Shown here: one piece after another, positions 39,544 through 52,300 of the stretch
Numbering within the stretch: the first letter of the stretch is position 1
Layout: each line of letters begins with the position of its first letter
NCBI GenBank assembly: GCA_037447605.1
Contig: CM074818.1
Location: 880,617-944,616 of the forward strand
Length of the DNA: 64,000 nucleotides
Source: Zygnema circumcarinatum SAG 698-1b
Taxonomy: Eukaryota; Plantae; Zygnematophyceae
Reading direction: 5' to 3'
Made by a program: the position numbers and the translations under genes
Notes under the pieces: generated by a model
Told to the model about the DNA's origin: nothing
Seen by the model: the letters and a program-made list of their open reading frames with translations, nothing else
Databases searched by the model: none

Positions 39544-42500
39544 TCAATGCCGCGGCCGGCCTCCTCCCTCGAGGCCAAGCGTGAAAACTCGCACCATCTT
39601 CTCTGCAGTCGCTACCTGTGTCCGAACAGCATAATTTCCACCTTGTCATGCCATATAGCTCGAGCATGACTTTCCGAGCACTATCTCTCTCTCTCTCTCC
39701 CTCACTCTCACTCTCTCTTCTCTCTCTCTCTCTAACATAAACACATACACACACTTCTCCCTCTACTGAGGCAGTATTTCGAGCATTCACATGAAGTGCG
39801 TTAGGACGGGGGTTTACGCGGTGTAATTGAAGTTATGAGGTAGGTTATGATGTACAGAGATGAGGCAGCACCTGGTCGGGCGTACCGTTGATCTCCACCA
39901 CGCGGTGGCTCGACCCACTTCGAGACTCGTGGACCTGCGCAGGGCCCAATCAGGGTTGTTAATCTTGCCGGATACGGGAGAGGGGGAGGGGAGAGGGGGG
40001 GGGTNNNNNNNNNNGGCAAGGGGGGAGGGGGGAGGGGGGAGGGGGGAGAGAGATGAAGAGGGAGAGGTAGAGAGAGGGAGGGAGAGGGAGAGGGGTTGAT
40101 CTCAGGTGCTTTACCTTAACACTAGCTCCTGAAACAGTGCGGATATGCCGAATGGTAGCCCCCCCCGTCCCAATGAGTGCTCCCATATCTGCGTTGTTCA
40201 GCTGCACCTCTGAACGGGCCGGCCGCCCGCCTGCAGCAATGAGCGGGATGATAGCAACCGGGCGAGAGGGAGGGTATCCCCTGGGAGGGGCACTGCGAGA
40301 GTAGCTTCTCTCACGCTCTCTCTCCCGCAAAGGGTCCCGCTCCCTCTCTCTCTCCTTCACCCTCTCCCGCTCCCTGTCCCGATATGGCTCCCGATAAGGC
40401 TCTCGATTAGGCTCTCGATTAGGCTCTCGATTAGACTCCCGATAGGGCTCTCGCGGCCTCTCCTCCCTCTCCCTTCTCAGGGGGAGACCCCTCACTGCAG
40501 AAGCGTAGCAGCAGACCACCAGCACTGAAAACTCTGAGAACACTCGCAAGGTAAATTCCCCAACTAGTGTCTCCCTCTACAAACCTTCTCTCACACTCTC
40601 TCTCTCTCACTCTCTCTCTCTCACTCTCTCTCACACTCTCACTCTCTCTCGCTCTCTCTCTCTCAAGAAAGAATCTTCCAATCTTCCAATCTTCCAATAA
40701 AAACGAGCCTAAAGGGAGACAGCAAAAACTACAAAACTTTCAAAACTAAGGCTTTTTTTCTAAGTTTCCATAACCTGTGGTGGGTTAGCAGAGTAACGCA
40801 TTACCTGATTCCTTGTAGTCTCTCGGACTCCCTCGCGGGTAATCGCGGATATCCCGCACAGGGGGGCGGCTATCTCGAAACTCTCGGGGGTCTCTCCCGC
40901 GATGAAAGTCGCGAGAGGAGGGAGGTGCTCTCCCATAGGACCAATCTTGCGACATGGGCATGGAGGCAGTCATGATGGGTATTGGCCCCCCCTTGGATGG
41001 GGGAGGACCTCTCCTTGGATCAATGTCGAACTCTCGCGGAGGATGTTCTCTGCAAAGTCGTACCCCTCTCCCTTTGATTTACTCCCCTTGAATGGGTGAT
41101 GAAGTTGTAGAGTCATTCCTACACTGAGTAACTGTACATTAGGTACACGCTAGGAGAACTATTAAAGCTAGAAATGTGACTAGGTCGTGCATGAGATGAA
41201 TGGTGGATGAACTCATGCTTCTTAATATTTCCATTTCTTTGATATTCTTTTTCTTTCTTAGCAAATGGTTCACAATTGTTTAAAAATCTATGTAAACTCA
41301 CTTGAGGTGTGCGCATATGAGTTTAAGTGCGGCCTGTACGTGATCAGCTGCGCCCGTAACCTGCAGCATTCCGCAGATCCAAGCAGTTGATTCAGGCAAA
41401 GGTCGGATAGCCAATTGGACAATTCAAGCAGGACAGCAGCAACACCACATGATATAGAACTCCTAAAACGATTATTGAGCTCTAAAAACTTTACAAAGAA
41501 TAGTTTTGACCAACCTGCACAACTCGGTCTCCCTCATAGGCCCCTCGTGGGATATCCTCCAGAATCCTTATAACAGCTCCGGTTTCTTCTCGCAGCTGCT
41601 TTATCTTATAGCCCCCCTTTCCAATCATCGCCCCTGTTTGTGATCCGGCAATAAGCAGCCTCAAAATCGGAGCTGCTTCCTTAAGTTTTTCATTATTCTC
41701 ATCATCATTGAAGGAGTCTGAGTCTCCTTCGTAAGATCTTTCCTCCATATTCTGCAGGGAGAAGGGAATAGCGGATGTGGTGTTGGGGAAGGGAGGAGGG
41801 GGAGAGGGAGGGAGAGGGAGGGAGAGGGAGGGAGCCCCGGACAGGACGTCAGGAGAAAACAAGCAGAGGCTAAGGCTGGAGACAGGGAGGGAGGCGACTC
41901 CAAGGGGGCTTTTCGATGGCATTAAATGGGAGATGGGCATAGCCACAGCCTCGGGGAGGGGGCGAGGGGGANNNNNNNNNNGGGAGGAGGAGAGGGGAAG
42001 GGGGGAGGAGGATGAGGGAGGAAGGGGGAGGGGGAGGGGGGAAGGGGAGGAGGGGGAGGGGAAGGGGAGGGGGAGGGGGTGGGAGGAGGAGGGAGCATGC
42101 TCTGCACTTTGAGAGAATTAAGCACATCCATCCATGTCCTAAAGGACCTCCACAAGTCATCACGGCGGAGCAGCAGATGTTGAACCGACCATTCAAAGGT
42201 CTGTCGCGTCAAGGATGATTATTGAATGGGGAGAGAAGGGGAAATTAAAGTCACTGCGTCGAACAGGAAGGGAGAGAAGAAGGGGGGGAGAGGGGCCCGC
42301 GAGAGGGATACAAACAAGGGGCTGATGCTACGACGAGAGGGAGCGAAACTAAAGTACTGGAAATGGTCACAGACCGTACTTAGGGGAGATGAGGGAGGGG
42401 GGGAGGGAGGGGGGAGGGAGGGAGTGGAGGGAGGATGTGGGAGGGAGGGATGCGGGGGATTGAGTGAACTGGAGGAAAAGTGAAAGGTATGGCTCTGGAC

Positions 42501-43086
42501 AGCACCACGGCAGGCAGCTGGTTAGAAATATTTTCCTTAAATTAAGGAGGTTAGGAAATAGAGTCGTGAGGACAGAAAAGAAAAACCCTACAAAACCTAA
42601 CACTCATAGGAAACTCTGAGTTGGCAAGCATCTCAAGTTCAAACGGATGAAAACAAGCAGACTTCATATTGAAAATAAAATCCGTCAAAGGAGATTCTAC
42701 ATTTGAGTTTGTACTCCGCCTGCTAAGAGAGCCTCTTACCTTCAACGACCTCTGATGAAGTCGCAGTACAGCTTCTTCCGCAGGGGACCAATCTTCGACA
42801 CTCTCCACTTTTGTTGATATAGTTATGATCCTCTCCTCGAGGCCCTGCTAGCACGCAGAGAAAGCGTACACGTTAGAAAAAAGCAGAAAAGGGATGGGCA
42901 GAGAGAGACACAGAAGAAAAGGGAGAGAGAGAAGGAGAGACAGGGAGAGAAAAAAGGAGGGGGTAAGAGCAAGCGAGAGGTAGAGGGGTTGAGAAAAAGG
43001 GGGCGAGAAAAGCGAAAAAGACAGTGGTCAAGAGTGGTGATGTGGAGGGCAGTGAGCAAGAGAGGAAGAGAGAGGGAGAGAGAGAA

Positions 43087-43126
<40 letters not shown>

Positions 43127-44415
43127 CTACCGGAGCGGAAGGGGCGATCTTGATGCGAGCGCCTGTCTCCTCCCGCAGGGTCTGAATGTGAGAGCCTTGC
43201 CGTCCGATAATGAAGCCAACCTTCATGGAGGGCACCAACATGCGGAACACGATATCTACAACATGCACGTCCAAACAATAAAAACAAACAACGAATAAAA
43301 TGGAAGAAAAAGTCAGCCTTAACAAACGTAGAAAAGAAAAATCACCTCCAGGGACTGAAATAGATGATGATCACTTATTTGCGAGGACGATGACGCAATA
43401 CAGAAAGGAGGAAAGCATGACTTTAAAATGGAAACAATCGTTTGTATCCTGAAAATAAAATTGCGATAACGACGCAACAAGCAAAAAGTGTAGAAAAATG
43501 CTTCAAAGACATGTTGACAGGCAAGGAGTAGGACTATTCACAATATTATTTATATAAAAAAACATTCCATTTCCTTTAAACAGCAGCGAGGATGCGGTTG
43601 TACCTGTTCGTCCGAAAGCAGTCGCCAGACGCTTGTTTTCAGGGCTGGGCTCCCGCTGAAAACACGAAAACAATGCCCAAAAAAGTAAATAAACAAATAG
43701 AAAATAATTTAAGGAAAGGTGAAATTTCACAAAAGTTGCCGTCCTCTCTGTACCCCCCGGAAAAAAAAAGGGGCGTAGGGGTTTAAGGTCTCATGCAAGG
43801 CATTCAACACCCGCGTTTTCCTGAACAAAAGATGTTCCGTGTTCCATGTGGCTGTTCTACTGCACCAAGAACAGAACATGGAACTGCTACTACAGATCTG
43901 TGAGTTCCCCTCTCTCTCTCTTCTCTCTCTCTCCGTCCCTCAATCTTCCTCACCATATGCTCGTCCAGCGATCTCTTCACCCTCGGCGCCTCCTCCTGCT
44001 GCTCCTCTCTCTCCTTCTGCCCCTCTCCTTCTCCCTCTCCCTCTCCCTCTCCCTCTTCCTCTCCCCCTCGCCCTCCCCCTCCCTCTCCCTCTTCTTCTCC
44101 CTCCTTCCTTGCTTCTCCTCTCTCTCCCGCTCCCCCGCCTTTCCCTCCCTCTCCCTCGATCACCCCCCCCTGCCTCTTCCCTCGCTCGCCTTCCCCCTCG
44201 CCCTCCCTCCTCGTCAGCTCCTCTTCCCCTCTATCTCTCCGTCCCTCCCCTCTCTCCCTCTCCCTCTCCCACTCCCTCCCCCTCTCCCTCCCCACCGGCC
44301 TCCGCGTGTGACGCGTGTCCTGCGAGTCCTCGTCTGTCTCCATCGCCACGTGTCCCCCTCTCTCCCCTTCCCCCCCGCCCCCTTCCCCGCCGTGCAGCGA
44401 TGTGCGGCGCGCCAT
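39544..44415 (-). CDS. Three-KH-domain RNA-binding protein (FLK/PEPPER/hnRNP K-E-like)
   Basis: KH1 VFRMLVPSMKVGFIIGRQGSHIQTLREETGARIKI; KH2 LRLLIAGSQTGAMIGKGGYKIKQLREETGAVIRI..DRVVQVTG; KH3 DMGALIGTGGATIRHIRTVSGASVKVHE..RVVEINGTPDQV. The exons splice in phase to the stop at 39544-39546. Confidence 0.88.
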
Positions 44416-44424
44416 GGACCCGCC

Positions 44425-44630
44425 CCCAACCCTAATCCTAACCCTACTTTCTTCCTGAGACCTAATCTTGCAAGCCTGTTCAACCCTAAACCCTGAACCC
44501 TGAACCCTGAAACCTGAAACCTGAATTCTAACCCTGAACCCTGGGCCCTAACCGTAATCCTCAACCCTAGCCCTACTCCTCAACCCTCAACCCTAATCCT
44601 CAACCCTAAACCCTGAATCCTGACCTTAAT
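44425..44630 (+). repeat. Telo-box-like AAACCCT(A/G)A cluster immediately upstream of the KH gene start
   Basis: Repeated aaccctaa/aaccctga/aaccctca. Confidence 0.7.
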
Positions 44631-44792
44631 TTCCCTTCCCCCCCCCGAACCCTGCTCTCTCCAAACCCCACGCCGTTCTTTAAGAGGGGGCGCGCGGGAG
44701 TAGGTACAAAGTGCGGCACCCGTCCGTACTGTACTTACATTGACTGTACGGACGTGGAAAGTCCGTACAGGGGACTTTTAGAGTTTCTAGAT

Positions 44793-45732
44793 GGAAAATT
44801 CTATTCTCACACCTTTTTTGTCTACGCACAGACCTCTTTTCGCTGGGCAGATTTTAAAATAGACAAAAAACGAACACACCTTTCACACCTTTTTTTTTTC
44901 ACCTTTTTTTTCACATTTTTTTGGAATCGATACACGCTACTAGTCCTGAGCGGCCGAGCGCCGTGAGACCTTTTTCTGTCGGGCAGATTTTACTCCTTAT
45001 CATTTATTTTCAGAGAAAAAAATATCTGCTTGCCCGAATCCGCTCGGAGCGGAAGATCCGTCCGCCACGAGATCGATCGCGGGTGGCCGTCCTTCACACG
45101 TGCAATAATTTTCCGCCGTCGATATTCACGCAGATCCCACCATGGCAGATCACCGTTCGATCAGCAGCCGGGCTCTGTCCCACGTGTCCCACCCAAGCCG
45201 GCTCCAAGGACCGTACAAAAGGCGTACGCCCGCAGCTTCGAGGAAAGTCAAAAAACGTAATAATTAAAGTTGAGTGCCTGTACCAATCACAGTTTGCCAC
45301 GTCTAAAAAGAGCACGCGGCAGATGGTGATTGGTTCAAGCTCGCAATGTAAGGAATTTAGACTTTCCTCGAAGCTGTGACCGTACGAGTTGTGTACGGTC
45401 TCGAGCCTGCTCGGGTGGGACACGTGGGCGTGTGCCATTCGCTGGAACCGAGCCCGGCTGCCGATCGAACGGTGATCTGCCGTGGTGTGATCTGCTCTAG
45501 AATCGACGGTGTATAGTTTCTGCAAGTGTGAAGGACGGCCNNNNNNNNNNAGGGGTAAAATCTGCCCGATGGAGAAAGGTGTGTATCGATTTCAAAAAGG
45601 TGGGAAAAAAAAGGTGAAAAAAAAAAGGTGAGAAGGTGTGAAAGGTGTGTTCTTTTTTTGTGCTATTTTAAAATCTGCCCGGCGAAAAGAGGCCTGTGTG
45701 TAGACAAAAAAGGTGTGAGAATAGAATTTTCC
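44793..45732. mobile_element. Non-autonomous foldback DNA transposon (Mutator-like long TIRs), 8-bp TSD TTCTAGAT
   Basis: The termini GGAAAATTCTATTCTCACACCTTTTTTGTCTAC... and ...GTAGACAAAAAAGGTGTGAGAATAGAATTTTCC are reverse complements. TTCTAGAT is at 44785-92 and 45733-40. The inner arms (45085-45249 vs 45360-45540) also pair. No transposase is present. Confidence 0.88.
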
Positions 45733-46020
45733 TTCTAGATTTCAGAATTAAAAATTTCTAATATCTAAAAGTTTTACAGTTTTAGAACACTTCTAGAAAA
45801 TTCGTACGACCTCTTCATTTGAACGGCAAGTAAGGTGGTACAACCGTGTGATTTTAGAGCCGTTTTAAAAGCGTTTTATAAAACAGCCTGACTGGTAGAA
45901 TTATTTATTGGAATTCTAATACACGACGCTGCGTTCCAATATCAGGCCTCTACAATTAAGGGAATCCGTGTACGGAATCCCTGAAATCCCAAGGGACGAA
46001 TAAAGGATTGCACAGATCGG

Positions 46021-48263
46021 ACCATTAGACAAACCAGTCGACTGGTTGGCAACCAGTGGTTGCGGACCGAAACAACCATTCGACTGGTTGCCAACCAGTG
46101 GCTCAGAACCGAAACAACCATTCGACTGGTTTGGAACCAGTGGATGCCACTGGTTGGCAACCATTCGAATGGCTGCCAACCAGTGGCTCCGGACGGAAAC
46201 AACCATTCGACTGGTTTGGAACCAGTGGATCCACTGGTTGGCAACCATTCGACTGGTTGCCAACCAGTGGCGCAGGACTGAAACAACCATTCGACTGGTT
46301 CGGAACCAGTGATCCAATGGTTGGCAACCATTGAATTTCTGAAATTATGCTCTTTTTCCTACCATGAACCCTTCCTTTCTCACTTATTGACAGCATTCGG
46401 CGGCATGCTTGCCTTGTAAGGGTAGGGTGCGGATCCGAAGGGGCTCAACTCTTATGCCCCCTCAGGTGTGTGGGCCCAAATGGTAGAGCGACCAGAGACA
46501 CAAAATCTGCTGCGAATAAAGCTCACTGTTGGGAGAGAGGCTCACTTTTTTCGTGCTATTGAGTTTCATGATCAAGATTAGACGTACTTGCTCATTTGGC
46601 TTTCTCTTTTGTGAAGTTTTGAGAGGAAATTTCTGCATTTTGATTTTGAATACATTTTGCAAAATTGCACGCTTTGAAATTTNNNNNNNNNNATATGAAT
46701 TTTTTTCAACTGTATGTGATCATCTGAAAATGCAAATACTGCGATGTGTGTGTTTTCTGTGCTCATTTTCTTCTCTTGGGTGGATGGACATGCTCGCTGA
46801 ATTTATTTTTGTTTTGTTTAGTTCCGCCGCCAGAGTTTATGAGTGCGCCGCTTGTGAGAGCAAATGTAATCACAGGAGGAGCGCATTCAGATTTAGGGTT
46901 CAGCTAGGCTTAGGGTTCAAAGCAGCTTAGGGTCTCGCGGAGTACTTCAAAAAGAGGAAACTAATAGCCATCAGAAGTCAACGTGTAGGGATGTAGGGCT
47001 CAAAAATGGGTCGTATGTATTTTTTGGTGGGTTGCCAACCGTTGACAACTAGTGATTTAATGGTTGCCAACCATTTGATTTAATGGATATAACCATTCGA
47101 CTGGTTGCCAACTAGTGCCGTCGGATCAAAACAACCATTCGACCGCTCGAACTGATGCCACCGCCACCGATGTCGCTTCTAATTTCGTTGATCGGCAACC
47201 ATCGTAGAGCAATGGTTGACGTCCGCCGGGTTCCAAACCAAACTTTAATGGTTGTTTCAAGATCTTTCGTCAAGACCGTTGGCAAAACCAACCGAATGGT
47301 TATATCCATTAAATCAAATGGTTGGCAACCATTAAATCACTAGTTGTCAACGGTTGGTAACCCACCAAAAAACACATACGACCCATTTTTGAGCCCTTAC
47401 ATCTCCCTACACGTTTGACTTACAGTAAACTATTAGTTTCCTCTTTTGAAGTACTCAATGGGAACCCTAAGCCTAGCCTCTAACCCTAAACTGACTCCTC
47501 GCCTCCTCCTCATGATTCCGGACTTTCACAAAGCTAGCCAAGACTCATGCCTACTGAGACGTAACTAAACAAAACAAAATAAATTCAGCAGAGCATGTCC
47601 ATCCACCCAAGAGAAGAAAATGAGCACAGAAAACACACACATCGCAGTATTTGCATTTTCAGATGATCACATACAGTTGAAAAAAATTCATATAAAAAAT
47701 TTCAAAGCGTGCAATTTTGCAAAATGTATTCAAAATCAAAATGCAGAAATTTCCTCTCAAAACTTCACAAAAGAGAAAGCCAAATGAGCAAGTACGTCTA
47801 ATCTTGATCATGAAACTCAATAGCACGAAAAAAGTGAGCCTCTCTCCCAACAGTGAGCTTTATTTGCAGCAGATTTTGTGTCTCTGGTCGCTCTACCATT
47901 TGGGCCCACACACCTGAGGGGGCATAAGAGTTGAGCCCCTTCGGATCCGCACCCTACCCTTACAAGGCAAGCATGCCGCCGAATGCTGTCAATAAGTGAG
48001 AAAGGAAGGGTTCATGGTAGGAAAAAGAGCATAATTTCAGAAATTCAATGGTTGCCAACCATTGGATCACTGGTTCCGAACCAGTCGAATGGTTGTTTCA
48101 GTCTTTCAACCAATCGGGTTGGCAACCGCCGAATGGTTGCCAACCGCTGATCCACCGTTCCAAACGCCGAATCGGGTTGTTTCGACTGGTCATGCCGCAA
48201 CCAAATAACGGTTGCTTTCGGTCCGCGAATCATCGCCAACCGCCGACTCGTTTGTCTAATGGT
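46021..48263. repeat. ~2.2-kb imperfect palindrome (arms ~46021-47115 and ~47275-48263)
   Basis: 46280-46810 is the near-exact reverse complement of 47580-48100, and the ORF track shows the same peptides on opposite strands. 46990-47110 pairs with 47280-47395. Confidence 0.9.
46033..46333 (+). repeat. Tandem array of ~8 hairpin-containing units (CAACCATTCGACTGGTT-nnn-AACCAGTGG + short linker)
   Basis: Directly visible units about 37-43 nt long, each with a CTGGTT/AACCAG stem. Confidence 0.85.
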
Positions 48264-48325
48264 TCGACCAGGGAAGGATTGCCTGAAAATGACAGCACCG
48301 TACGTACGGCCATCATCGCTACGGT

Positions 48326-49318
48326 TGCTGTGGAGCATGCATCTCGCCGGCCGCTTCCCTAAGGCCACCGCTGTCGCCCATTGGAACTCCTGCTCCCACC
48401 CCATGAAGACATCTTCACTCTCTCTCACTCTATCTCACTTCACTCATAGCCCATAACTCACGTAATGAACGCAGTATCAAAGTACGCTGAAATCACACAC
48501 CTAGAGAGTATGTGAGAAAGCTCACGCCTAAAACTCCTTATAATAAGAATGTCACCCACATGAAGTTCTCCTCTCACTAGCTACTTCCCTTACTCACTAC
48601 TCTTGCTACACAAGCAGGCGCCAACACGCAGCGCGCGTACGTAATAAGTCACGACTGGGCAAGAGGCTAATGTGGGTATCCTTCATAACAAAGCTAAACC
48701 CTATATACCGCCATGGCCGTTACGCGACATCTCTGTTGATCGATAAATACGTCACGCCGTGCCCCTCAGCGCGCGTCAAGAGCTTCTGCAATGCTGTTTC
48801 AATATCATCCAAATTTTGCGCCTTTCAGAAACTTCCACGCCAAGACACTCCTAGTCGTCGCCCGCATGCTTCCGGGCCGCCATTCAATCTCTTGCCGCCC
48901 GCTCGAAGCGTAATCTCCGGCCGCCTGCCTCAGAAGCCAAGCCCGCCGCTGCCAGGCTACGGGGTGATGTTCGCTTCGCTGCCAAGACCGCATACATTCA
49001 AGGCCGCCCGCTGCATTTTAAAATCTCCGCTGCCGCATTTCGCGCCGCTCACACTCCTCGTCTCATACGCCGACTCGCCTCCGTAGCTGACTCGCTGAGT
49101 CCGCGGACAAGACTATGGCGTCCCCACGCGGGTTCCCTACTTTATTATCGGCCGACATTCTCCCGCCGCCTCAAAGCCACGGCCACCGCACATTTGGCCC
49201 TCGCACTGGGTATTTCCTGTAGAACACTACTGCAGATCTCATGTTTCCCAACCGAGGACCACAACGCATGTTAGTGTGAACCCGCATAATGTCTAACTAT
49301 AGCACACTAACACTAACA
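48326..49318 (-). repeat. 3' LTR (~990 bp) of the copia element
   Basis: Begins TGTTAGTGTTAGTGTGCTATAG after the PPT and ends CA at the TSD. Confidence 0.8.
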
Positions 49319-49334
49319 ATCCGCCTCTTGGGCC

Positions 49335-52300
49335 TCAGTTCCTCATGGGCCCTAGCCCAATGAGTCTGCTATTCACTAGTAGCGTCTCACCACTAACTCC
49401 TTTAGTCAACATATCCGCAGCCTGCTCCTTCGTCCCCACGAACTTCACAACAATCATCCCCTCCTCTACCAATTCTCGCACATAATGGTATTGCACTCTA
49501 ATGTGCTTTGTCCTCTTATGAAACACAGGGTTTTCAACAAGAGCTATGGACGACTGATTATCCGTGAACAAAGTCAAGGGACGTTGTGGCCTCTTACACT
49601 CATCAAAGAAATGTTGAACCAAACTCCCTCCCTCGCCAAGGACATGCTCCCATGTACTCTCGCTTCTTCTCGGTAAGGGACAACGCAAATTCAAATCTCA
49701 GAGGCTTCGGAAACGCATGATCGCTTCCACTCGCTGCTCGTGCAATAAACCGAGGTCGACGCTGGCGTCCACGCTACCTCCCCGCCGTGAGTCGGTGTAT
49801 CCGGACACTGGCTTGGCTCTAACGGTGGTCCTGCATCGTGGTCCCCCTGCATTTAACCTAAGATTCGCTTCACAAATTTCCCCAATGCTCCTCCGCCTGA
49901 TATTCCATGAACCGACTTCAAGGGCGCCACGCCAAGTCCGTCGGGTACCAATCATTAGGTACATTAAACTTCCGATAAGAGATCTTGCACGCACCGCATG
50001 CCGCACTCCTCCGGGCCCCGGCCGCCGCCCATATCTCGACAATCTCGCTACCGACTCCATCGACTGGTGCACCGGGCCCCGCACCTCCATATTGAATCTC
50101 GCAAGTACATCCGCGGCGTACTTCTTCTGACTTAGGAACAGACTTCCGTCTTGCCCCCTCTTCAGCTGTATCCCCAGGAGATACTGCGCCTCCCCTAGAT
50201 CCGACATCTGGAAGTTAACTTGCAAAAGCTTCTTCAGATCATCGGGATTCTCTCCACAGAGAGACTCACCATAATGAGGTCATCCAATTTAGATCCCAAC
50301 GTGATATGTAGATCTCCCCTCCTCTCCTTGCTCAAGTAGACGGAATGACCACCTCAAAGCGCCGCAACTGTTGCTCCCTCGTGAAGATCGTCAATCTTCT
50401 CGTACCAGATCCTGGGTGCCTGCTTCAGTCCGTACAGACTCTTCACTAGGCGACAGACGAGATGCTCCTGCCCCGGGACAACTTTCCCTTCGGGCTGCTT
50501 CTCCAGTCGCCACGTCCCGTTCTCTATCAGACTATTCCACTCGCTATCGACATCGCTGCTCGCCACTTGCCCATCGACCCCATCACAGCCTCCTCGGCGG
50601 TTTAAGGCCGTAATCATGTAAAGAAGTTGAGCAACCGCGAGGTCAGCAGAACCAGAAGTAATTTCTCCCGTGATCGATAGTCCACACGGGCTCAGACGTT
50701 TCAGGCCTCTCACCACACGGGCGCTTCCTCCGCTGTCCTTGCGCTCTCCCACTGAAGTTGAAGAAAATCGGGAACAACCCGAGGCATCCTTGCCTCATCG
50801 CTGCCTCTCTCTGGGCCATCTCCAAGTCCTCGCACTCCCCGTCCGCGCAAAGGTACGCTTCACCGAAGTCTTCTCAACCGACATGTGTGAGCGGTGGCTC
50901 GCCTCCTGGCTGATTTTCTCCCGGCCCCCGCTTGGCGGTACTGGTTCACCGCCTCCTACTGACGCTCGTGTTGCTCCCCGAAGTCAGCCTCAAGGCCCTC
51001 AAGGCAGGCTGATCTCCCTCCAAAACCGGGGACCCGAGGCGCCTAACGCTTCTCCGGCCGTTTCCACGCCCTCATACACACCCCATCCTCGCTTTTGGGG
51101 TTGGGTCTCACCTAGTCGTGTCACCACCCCTTTCTCATCCACCGTGATGTCCCTCGAGCTCTGCACTTCCTTCGCCGCGGGTTCCAAACTCGTGAGGCGA
51201 CCACAAGTCAGAGCCGGTAACATATCCTTCTGCCAACGGCTCAAGGGTCGAATTTCCTCTTCTCTCGGCTCCGCCGCACTGCCACCAAAGAAGGCCCTAA
51301 AGCCTTCAGTGGGAAACCGCGGGGTTTTCTCCCACTCCACACCTCCTCGTGAACTCCGATCCTCGGAAAGCACGTAAGACGGCATCTATTCCAAGGTAAG
51401 CCGCCGTCATCACCGCCTCCCCAGAAAGAAGCCGGAAGGGGAATCTATAAGCATGGTCCGCGCCATGTCCCCCAACGTCCTATTTACCCTTTCAGCAGCT
51501 CCATTACTTTGAGGGGAGTAGGGAGCAGAGAATTCATGCCTAATTCCACGAGTCTTGAGGTACTCGCCAACTCCTTCGACTTCAACTCCCTCCGTTGTTC
51601 TGAAATATTCGCCGGCCCGCTTCTCTCGCTCCATCTCGAAGTTCGCCAATCTCGCGCCTGAAGTTCTCGTAGGACTTCGCTTCGAGAATTTTCACCCAAA
51701 TTTTCCTCAAAAATCGCCGGTAAGCGATGGCAATCGTAGCCTCCACTGCTGCCGGTGTCACGCGTGGCCACAAAGGTCGGTGTGAACCAACTCAGCTTCC
51801 CGCACGTAATGCCCCTCCTCCTCGCCAATGGCTTCCATGCGCCTTTCCCTACACACTCCTGCAAAGCCGAAGCTCCTTCTCCACGACATCTACGCCTAAC
51901 CCACGGACTAGCCCCTTAGCAGCAAGCTGCTGCAACCCCATGGTTAAGATGTCCAAGTTCATTTATGCCGTGATTTATGGCGGGCTTCAAATACGTACCT
52001 ATCACATCTTCATCCTCTGCCCTTCTATAATGAAGATAATACGTGCCTCCTTCTTCATACCCCTCAAAATGTACCGCTTCCTGCCATCGCGTGAGTAGTT
52101 AATGCTAAGACTTCTCTCAATTCATCTGCATCTCTTACACACTGCCAATCAGACATGAAGTTCTGTTTACCGGGTGTGGAGTACATCACCTATACACAAA
52201 CGCCTCCCCTCTCCTCGTGAGATGACAGAGCCGCTCCGAGAATCATCTTGACTACTCCACCCTTCGCGACGCTACTCCCTCTCCGGGTCAGCTGAGCGAA

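Noticed and set aside
46033-46333. CRISPR array
   Set aside because: The linkers are only ~10-15 nt and themselves repeated, there are no cas genes, and the context is eukaryotic.
46462-47917. Pairs of identical ORFs on opposite strands
   Set aside because: They are a by-product of the palindrome, with non-ATG starts and no protein motifs.
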